NCBI GenBank assembly: GCA_039028615.1
Contig: JBCCHT010000013.1
Span: forward strand, 160,001-224,000
Direction: 5' to 3'
DNA: 64,000 nucleotides
Origin: Myxococcota bacterium
GTDB taxonomy: Bacteria > Myxococcota_A > Polyangia > Nannocystales > Nannocystaceae
Made by a program: the position numbers and the translations under genes. Positions 58,302 through 64,000 of the stretch are shown piece after piece. Positions within the stretch are counted from its first letter, which is position 1, and each line of letters begins with the position of its first letter. A model generated the notes under the pieces. It searched no databases. It saw only the letters and a list, made by a program, of their open reading frames with translations, and was not told the origin of the DNA.

Positions 58302-60221
58302 ATGGGCGAGCAAGACGTTACCGAGCAAACTGACGAGATCAGCCAGCGAGTCTTCGTCAAGGCGTTGCTGGACGACGTCAATACGCTCGAGGAGATGCTC
58401 GAACGCGAGATGTTCGAGACCGGGATCCGCCGGATCGGCGCCGAGCAGGAGATGTTCCTGATCGACCGCACGATGGGCCCTGCGCCCGTTGCGACCGAGG
58501 TGCTCGAGCGAGCGAACGACGACCGCCTCACGACCGAGCTGGCGCGCTACAACCTCGAGGCCAACCTCTCGCCGCAGACCTTCGGCGGCGACTGCCTCAG
58601 TCGGCTCGAGGCCGAGCTGGTCGAGATGGTCGGCAAGGCGAGGAAACTGGCCGGGGAGTGCGACGCCGACGTGGTGCTGGTGGGCATCCTGCCGACCCTG
58701 CGCAAGTCGGACCTGGGGCTCGAGAACATGACCCCGAACCCGCGCTACTTCGCCTTGAACAAGGCGATGAGCAAGCTGCGGGGCGGTGACTTCCACGTCG
58801 CGATCAAGGGCCTCGACGAGCTCGAGACGACCCACGACAACGTGATGCTGGAGTCGTGCAACACGAGCTTCCAGATCCACTTCCAGGTGGCGCCCAAGGA
58901 GTTCGCGCGGCTGTACAACGTGGCGCAGGCGATCACGGGCCCGGTGCTGGCCGCGGCGGTCAACTCCCCGGTCTTGCTCGGCCGACGGCTGTGGAACGAG
59001 ACCCGCGTGGCGCTGTTCCAGCGCTCGGTCGACGCCCGCAGCAGCCACCACCAGACCCGAGGCCTGCGCCCGCGGGTGAGCTTCGGCGAGTCCTGGGTCC
59101 GCGAGTCGGTCCTCGAGATCTTCCGCGAGGACATCGCGTTGTTCCGCGTGGTGCTGGGACAGCAGGAGTACCAGAGCTCGCGCGCCGAGCTGGCGGCCGG
59201 GCGCGTGCCCACGCTGCAGGCGCTGCGGCTGCACAACGGCACCGTCTATCGCTGGAACCGGGCTTGCTACGGCTGGTCGAACGGAGTGCCGCACCTTCGC
59301 ATCGAGAACCGGGTCCTGCCCGCGGGGCCCTCGATCATCGACGAGATGGGCAACGCGGCCTTCTACTTCGGGCTGATGTCCGGCATGACGGCCGAGCACC
59401 CCGACATCTCCAAGGAGATGGAATTCGACGACGCGAAGAACAACTTCTTCGCGGCCGCGCGCCACGGTTTGGGCGCCCAGTTCCGCTGGATCGGCGGCGA
59501 GACGATGACCGCGAGCGCGCTCATCCTCGACAAGCTGCTGCCCTTGGCCCGCGAGGGGCTGCGGCTGTCGCAGATCGACGAGGCGGACATCAATCGCTAC
59601 CTCGACGTCGTGGAGGAGCGGGTGCGCTCGCAGAACACGGGCTCGACCTGGGCGCTGCGCTCGCTGAGCGAGATGGCGCCCAAGACTTCTCTCGACCAGC
59701 GCCATCGTCGGATCACCAAGGCGATGCTCGAGCACCAGCGCAACGGGGGCCAGCCGGTCCATACCTGGAGCCCCTGCAGCGTCGAGAAGGACGACGACTG
59801 GCGCGAGGCCTATCGAACGGTGGGGCAGATGATGACCACCGAGCTTCTGACCGTGCGACCCGAGGACATCGTGGACCTGGCCGCCAGCATGATGGACTGG
59901 GAGCGGATCCGGCAGGTGCCGGTCGAGGACGACGAGGGCCTGCTCGTCGGCATCGTGTCTCACCGCGCCATCTTGCGGCTGGTGGCGCGTGGGCAGGGGC
60001 TCGACCGGGAGCCGGTCGCGGTCAAGGACATCATGCGGCGCGACCCGGTCACGGTGACGCCGCAGACCTCGACGGTGGAGGCGATCAACCTCATGCGAGA
60101 CCGCTCGTTCGGCTCGCTGCCCGTGGTCGAAGACGGCAAGCTGGTCGGCATCGTCACCGAGCACGACATCATCGACGTCAGCGCCAAGCTGCTCGAGCGC
60201 TTCCTCGAAGGCGACAGTTAG
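58302..60221 (+). CDS. Glutamate--cysteine ligase (GCS2)-like protein with C-terminal CBS pair
   Basis: IGAEQE, ELARYNLE, CNTSFQIH, HNGTVYRWNR, RIENRVLPAGP; two CBS domains (PVEDDEGLLVGIV, LPVVEDGKLVGIVT). Confidence 0.88.
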   Translation: MGEQDVTEQTDEISQRVFVKALLDDVNTLEEMLEREMFETGIRRIGAEQEMFLIDRTMGPAPVATEVLERANDDRLTTELARYNLEANLSPQTFGGDCLSRLEAELVEMVGKARKLAGECDADVVLVGILPTLRKSDLGLENMTPNPRYFALNKAMSKLRGGDFHVAIKGLDELETTHDNVMLESCNTSFQIHFQVAPKEFARLYNVAQAITGPVLAAAVNSPVLLGRRLWNETRVALFQRSVDARSSHHQTRGLRPRVSFGESWVRESVLEIFREDIALFRVVLGQQEYQSSRAELAAGRVPTLQALRLHNGTVYRWNRACYGWSNGVPHLRIENRVLPAGPSIIDEMGNAAFYFGLMSGMTAEHPDISKEMEFDDAKNNFFAAARHGLGAQFRWIGGETMTASALILDKLLPLAREGLRLSQIDEADINRYLDVVEERVRSQNTGSTWALRSLSEMAPKTSLDQRHRRITKAMLEHQRNGGQPVHTWSPCSVEKDDDWREAYRTVGQMMTTELLTVRPEDIVDLAASMMDWERIRQVPVEDDEGLLVGIVSHRAILRLVARGQGLDREPVAVKDIMRRDPVTVTPQTSTVEAINLMRDRSFGSLPVVEDGKLVGIVTEHDIIDVSAKLLERFLEGDS

Positions 60222-60241
60222 CGGCCAGCAGCGGGCACGAA

Positions 60242-60278
60242 AAAGAGGGTCGAAGGCGACGTGCCTTCGACCCTCTTT
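60242..60278. terminator. Bidirectional intrinsic terminator
   Basis: AAAGAGGGTCGAAGGC-GACGT-GCCTTCGACCCTCTTT perfect 16-bp stem between convergent genes. Confidence 0.8.
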
Positions 60279-60304
60279 GCGTTTCGAATCGCTCGTGTGC
60301 CGAC

Positions 60305-61237
60305 CTAGAACGTGTAGTTCCAGTTGCAGATGCCCTCGTCGCAGATGAAGCCGTCGACGGGCGGGCAGGAGCAGGTGGTGATCGGGGCGTAGGCGCAGCC
60401 TTGCTCGTTGGCCAGGGTTTGCAGCGCGTAGAAGTCGTCCGTGTCCGCGTCGGCGCGGGCGACCCAGTTCATGGTGCAGCCGCAGCTGGTGCCGGTCAGC
60501 GCCTGGCCGCACTCGGCGTCGGCGGTGCAGCTCGAGATGGCGGCGCGCTCGGCCAAGATGTCGGCCACGATCTCGTCGCAGGTGGGGGGCTCGGGCTCGG
60601 GAGCACAGAACTCGCCCACGTCGTCGCAGCAGTCGCCGTACTGCTCGCACTGATCGTCGCACCAACAGCCGCCGTCGGCCTGCTCGTCGCAGTGGCCTTC
60701 GCAGCTGTTGGGATCGGGCTCGGCGCACGCGGTCTCGATGTCGTCGCAGCAGTCGCCGTACTGCTCGCAAAGGTCGTCACACCAGCAGCCGCCGGCGGCC
60801 TGCTCGCCGCAGTTGTCCGCGCAGCTGTCGGCGCCCGCGTCCTCGCAGGCCCCGAAGCAGCCGAGGATGCAGGTCACCCCCGGAGGGCAGGCGGGGATGC
60901 AGACGTCGGTGTTGCAGGTCTGGCCCTCGCCGCAGGCGACGTCGCTGAGGCAGGTGACGACGCCGTCGCAGCTGGTGGGCTTGTCGAAGCAGCAGTCGCC
61001 GTATTGCTCGCACTGGTCGTCGCACCAGCAGCCATCGGCGTGATCGGACTGGCCGCCGCAGAAGTTGGCGTCCTCGGTCACGCAGGTGCCGTAGTCGAGC
61101 TCGGCGTTGCGGGCGGTGACGTCTTCGGTCTGGACGCGGGTCTCGAGGTCGGTCTGCGGCTCGACGTCGCAGGCGGTCATCGAGCTGACGAACAACGAGC
61201 CGGGGAGCAGGGCAATGAGGAGGGTCTTGCGGAACAT
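60305..61237 (-). CDS. Secreted Cys-rich lipoprotein with three somatomedin-B-like repeats
   Basis: MTAC lipobox; 3x GCWCDD[QL]CEQYGDCC. Confidence 0.8.
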   Translation of the reverse strand: MFRKTLLIALLPGSLFVSSMTACDVEPQTDLETRVQTEDVTARNAELDYGTCVTEDANFCGGQSDHADGCWCDDQCEQYGDCCFDKPTSCDGVVTCLSDVACGEGQTCNTDVCIPACPPGVTCILGCFGACEDAGADSCADNCGEQAAGGCWCDDLCEQYGDCCDDIETACAEPDPNSCEGHCDEQADGGCWCDDQCEQYGDCCDDVGEFCAPEPEPPTCDEIVADILAERAAISSCTADAECGQALTGTSCGCTMNWVARADADTDDFYALQTLANEQGCAYAPITTCSCPPVDGFICDEGICNWNYTF

Positions 61238-61442
61238 TGGGGGGTCTCCGAGCGCGGGAAGGGGGGAGCGCTCGGGGGCGTGTATTCCTTGCATTGCTGG
61301 CGCGGTCAATGATCTGAAAACGCCATTGCTCACTGTCAACCAGCGAAACCGACGGACGTAGAGCACACCGATCGTGCCAGTGCGATGCCGCCCTCGATCG
61401 TGAGGCTCGACGGGCAGGACAGGGGCCAGCGGCCGCTTCGAA

Positions 61443-62558
61443 TCACTCGCCGGTCGACGAGGCGAGCGGCGCGGATTCGGAGCTGCTGACCGGCGACACG
61501 GCGGCGGAATCGGCCGCCGCTGCGCTGGGGTCGGCCAGCTGGGGCGCGGTCATGGCCTCGGAGCCGACCGAGCCGAGCTGGCGCGCGGGCGCGATGATGT
61601 CCTCGGAGAAGCCCTTGGTGGCACGAATGGAGAACACTTCGCGCGGCGTGATGGTGGTGCGCACGAGCAGCTCGCCCACCAGGCCGATGCCGATGAACTG
61701 CACGGCCGACAGCGTCAGCAGCACGCCCAAGGTGAGCAGCGGGCGATTGCCGATGGGCTCGCCCATGAACCACAGCACGGTGAGGTACGCGAGCAGCAAG
61801 AAGCCCACGCCACCGCTGGCGGCCCCGAGCACCCCGAAGAAGTGCAGCGGGCGGGTGCGGTAGCGCGTCACCATGAGCACGGTGAGCAGGTCGAGGAAGC
61901 CATCGAAGAAGCGGCCGATGCCGAACTTCGACACGCCATGCTGGCGGGCGCGATGCTGCACCACCAGCTGCTCGACGGAGAAGCCCTTCCACCCCGCGAG
62001 CACGGGCAGGAAGCGGTGGAACCCGCCGTAGACCGACAGCTCGCGGATGCACTCGATGCGGTACGCCTTGTAGCCGCAGTTGAAGTCCATCAGCTGCACA
62101 CCGCTGACTCGACGCACGACGGCGTTGAAGATCTTGGAGGGCGCGGTCTTGTCGAGGGGGTCGTGGCGGCGACGCTTCCAGCCCGAGACGAGGTCGGCCC
62201 CCGCTTCGATCCGCGCGACGAACTCGGGGATCATCGAGGGGTCGTCCTGGAGGTCGGCGTCGAGGGTCATCACGATCTGGCCCTCGACGCGCTCGAAGGC
62301 GGCGTTGAGGGCGGGTGACTTCCCGAAGTTCTTGCGGAAGTGAACCACGCGGCAGTGCGAGTCCATGTCCGTCAGCTCGTCGAGCCGGGCGGAGGAGCCG
62401 TCGGTACTGCCGTCGTCGACGAAGAGCAGCTCGTAGGGGCGGCCCAGGGCCGACAGCGCTGCGGTGAGCTCGTCATGCAGCTGCCCCAACGAGTCGACCT
62501 CGTTGTAGACCGGGATCACGATCGAGATCTCCGGAGGGCGGTGGGCTGGCGCGTTCAC
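61443..62558 (-). CDS. GT2 polyprenol-phosphate glycosyltransferase (ArnC/GtrB-like)
   Basis: SIVIPVYNE, VDDGSTD, NFGKS, DADLQD, two C-terminal TM helices. Confidence 0.92.
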   Translation of the reverse strand: MNAPAHRPPEISIVIPVYNEVDSLGQLHDELTAALSALGRPYELLFVDDGSTDGSSARLDELTDMDSHCRVVHFRKNFGKSPALNAAFERVEGQIVMTLDADLQDDPSMIPEFVARIEAGADLVSGWKRRRHDPLDKTAPSKIFNAVVRRVSGVQLMDFNCGYKAYRIECIRELSVYGGFHRFLPVLAGWKGFSVEQLVVQHRARQHGVSKFGIGRFFDGFLDLLTVLMVTRYRTRPLHFFGVLGAASGGVGFLLLAYLTVLWFMGEPIGNRPLLTLGVLLTLSAVQFIGIGLVGELLVRTTITPREVFSIRATKGFSEDIIAPARQLGSVGSEAMTAPQLADPSAAAADSAAVSPVSSSESAPLASSTGE

Positions 62559-62601
62559 GGTCGGCAGAGACTACCCCAAAGCACGGGCGCGTCTAGAGGC
62601 T

Positions 62602-63540
62602 TTAGTCTCCGACGCCCGCGCAGGGGTCGTCCTCGTCCAGCGTGTCCCCCGGATAGTGGAGGATTCGCACGGGCAGGGCGTCGGGTAGCTCTCCGCGCAG
62701 CGAGGCACGGAGTTCGACGGAGGCGGCGTGCCGCTCGTCGAAGTACTCCACGCGGACATGGTGCATGCCGGCCGCGAGCGGGCGTTCGCCGCCGCGAGAG
62801 CGCTCGCCGTGTCGGCCCCAGTTGTCGACGACCTCTTCGCCGTCGACGTATAGCCGCGAGCCGTCGTCGGAGATCAGCTGAAATGCGATCTCGAGGTCTT
62901 CGGACAGCTCCATGCAGGTATCCCAGCGGATCGAGAAACCATCGTCGGGCAGCGCGGGGTCGGGGCTGCGGCGCTTCCAGTCGTACTTGATGTCGCCGTC
63001 GCGGCGCACGAGCACGGGGTCGCCCGTCAGCTCGACGTTGTCGAAGTAGGCCGCGCGCCAGGGGCCTTCGCGGTAGTCGGGCACGGTCAGGACGAGCGCA
63101 ACGACGACGGGGATCAGCACGAGCACGGCCATGCCGAGGCGGCGCAGCCAAAGGTGTCGGCGATCGCGACGGAGGGTCGGGGCGAAGCGTTCGTCCTGGG
63201 CGCGCCCCAGCGCGCGTCCCAGCGCCGTGCTGAGCCGCAGCAGCGTGGCTGCATCCGCGGGGCCATCGTCGTCGACCCGTGCCAGCGCGGCCGCGATGGG
63301 CTCGGGGTCGTCGACCCAGGGCACGGCGCCCGCGGCGAGAGCCTGCGCCGGATCATCGGCATCCGCCCCCGCGGCGTCGACGAGGGCCGACCACCCGCGG
63401 CGAAGGTGAGTGGCGGCGGTCCACGGGGGCACGGCGGCGTCGTCGAGCAACGACGCCGCGGCCTGACCGTGGGCTCGTGCCCGTTCGAATGCACCTCGGC
63501 CGTGGGCATCCGTCGCGGTCGGCGATGACTCGGTGCTCAT
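62602..63540 (-). CDS. Membrane-anchored PA14 domain protein
   Basis: Single TM followed by AYFDN...FSIRW...SDDGSRLYVDG..VVDNW...HHVRVEYF. Confidence 0.85.
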   Translation of the reverse strand: MSTESSPTATDAHGRGAFERARAHGQAAASLLDDAAVPPWTAATHLRRGWSALVDAAGADADDPAQALAAGAVPWVDDPEPIAAALARVDDDGPADAATLLRLSTALGRALGRAQDERFAPTLRRDRRHLWLRRLGMAVLVLIPVVVALVLTVPDYREGPWRAAYFDNVELTGDPVLVRRDGDIKYDWKRRSPDPALPDDGFSIRWDTCMELSEDLEIAFQLISDDGSRLYVDGEEVVDNWGRHGERSRGGERPLAAGMHHVRVEYFDERHAASVELRASLRGELPDALPVRILHYPGDTLDEDDPCAGVGD

Positions 63541-64000
63541 GGTGATGAATCCGGGGGCGAGGAGGGGCGAGGGCGCAGGGGCGGGGGGAGCTTCTCGCGG
63601 CCCTTTTCGAGGTCGCGGACCAACAGCAGCACCGAGTCCATCCGCTCGACGCGGAGCGTCTCGGGAGCGGCGTCGAAGCGCAGGTGGCAGTCGGACCGGG
63701 TATAGCCCAAGTAAAAGCGCGGGTAGTCGGCGGCCTTGTCCACCCACACCAGGCCGCCCTCGATGTAGTTGCGGGCGACCAGCTCGGGGATGCAGCCGGC
63801 CACCGTGTAGCGGCGATCGAGGAACCGCTCGCGGTCGACCTCCCACAGGTGTTCTTGCAGCGCGCGGAAGCCCTCTTTGTACGACGCGCCGTAGTAGTCG
63901 GTGTCGTAGTTGCCCGAGGCCCCCCGCAGGCCGCCGATCAGCTCGTTGAAGTAGATGTACTGGTAGGGGTGCAGCTGCACCATCGCCTGGACCTGGCGCG
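63537..64000 (-). CDS. C-terminal part of a membrane glycosyltransferase (GT-C/ArnT-like), truncated by window edge
   Basis: HPYQYIYFNELIGG...DYYGASYKE motif; ATGA coupling to PA14 gene; next to a GT2. Confidence 0.65.
   Translation of the reverse strand, partial: RQVQAMVQLHPYQYIYFNELIGGLRGASGNYDTDYYGASYKEGFRALQEHLWEVDRERFLDRRYTVAGCIPELVARNYIEGGLVWVDKAADYPRFYLGYTRSDCHLRFDAAPETLRVERMDSVLLLVRDLEKGREKLPPPLRPRPSSPPDSSP

Noticed and set aside
57672..60770. 1032-aa minus-strand ORF
   Set aside because: Only the last 150 aa (dtd) are real; the rest is an antisense shadow of the GCS2-CBS gene, typical of high-GC DNA.
61362..61380. Possible sigma54 promoter (minus strand TGGCACGATCGGTGTGC) for the SMB-repeat gene
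   Set aside because: The -24 element is good but the GC is not at the required spacing.

Overview
This is a high-GC window that looks like a myxobacterial chromosome (Nannocystaceae-like; inferred from the MYXO-CTERM protein, Ser/Thr kinase-TPR proteins, many acidic Cys-rich lipoproteins and a mevalonate pathway). It holds about 56 CDS and one tRNA-Leu(CAA). I found no transposase, integrase, phage gene or CRISPR array. Housekeeping genes include ybeY, algH/yqgE, rarA, pdxJ, ygfZ, gluQ, ttcA, dtd, a DsbD-like protein and MscS. An 8.7-kb isoprenoid operon runs fni, mvk, mvaD, a phosphomevalonate kinase::HMG-CoA reductase fusion, hpnC, hpnD, hpnE. The most unusual feature is at 21.8-23.5 kb. 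Three copies of a 154-bp non-coding repeat (two direct, one inverted, plus a remnant) bracket an orphan lipoprotein gene. They sit in a zone of strong G/T strand skew that follows repeat orientation and extends into the synonymous codons of the neighbouring gene. Other points of interest are an unannotated 40-aa basic ORF starting MGKGD, several predicted enzymes with altered catalytic residues, an orphan TolC-MlaC pair near the squalene genes, and a somatomedin-B-like repeat protein. All calls come from motif recognition by eye; no database searches were run.
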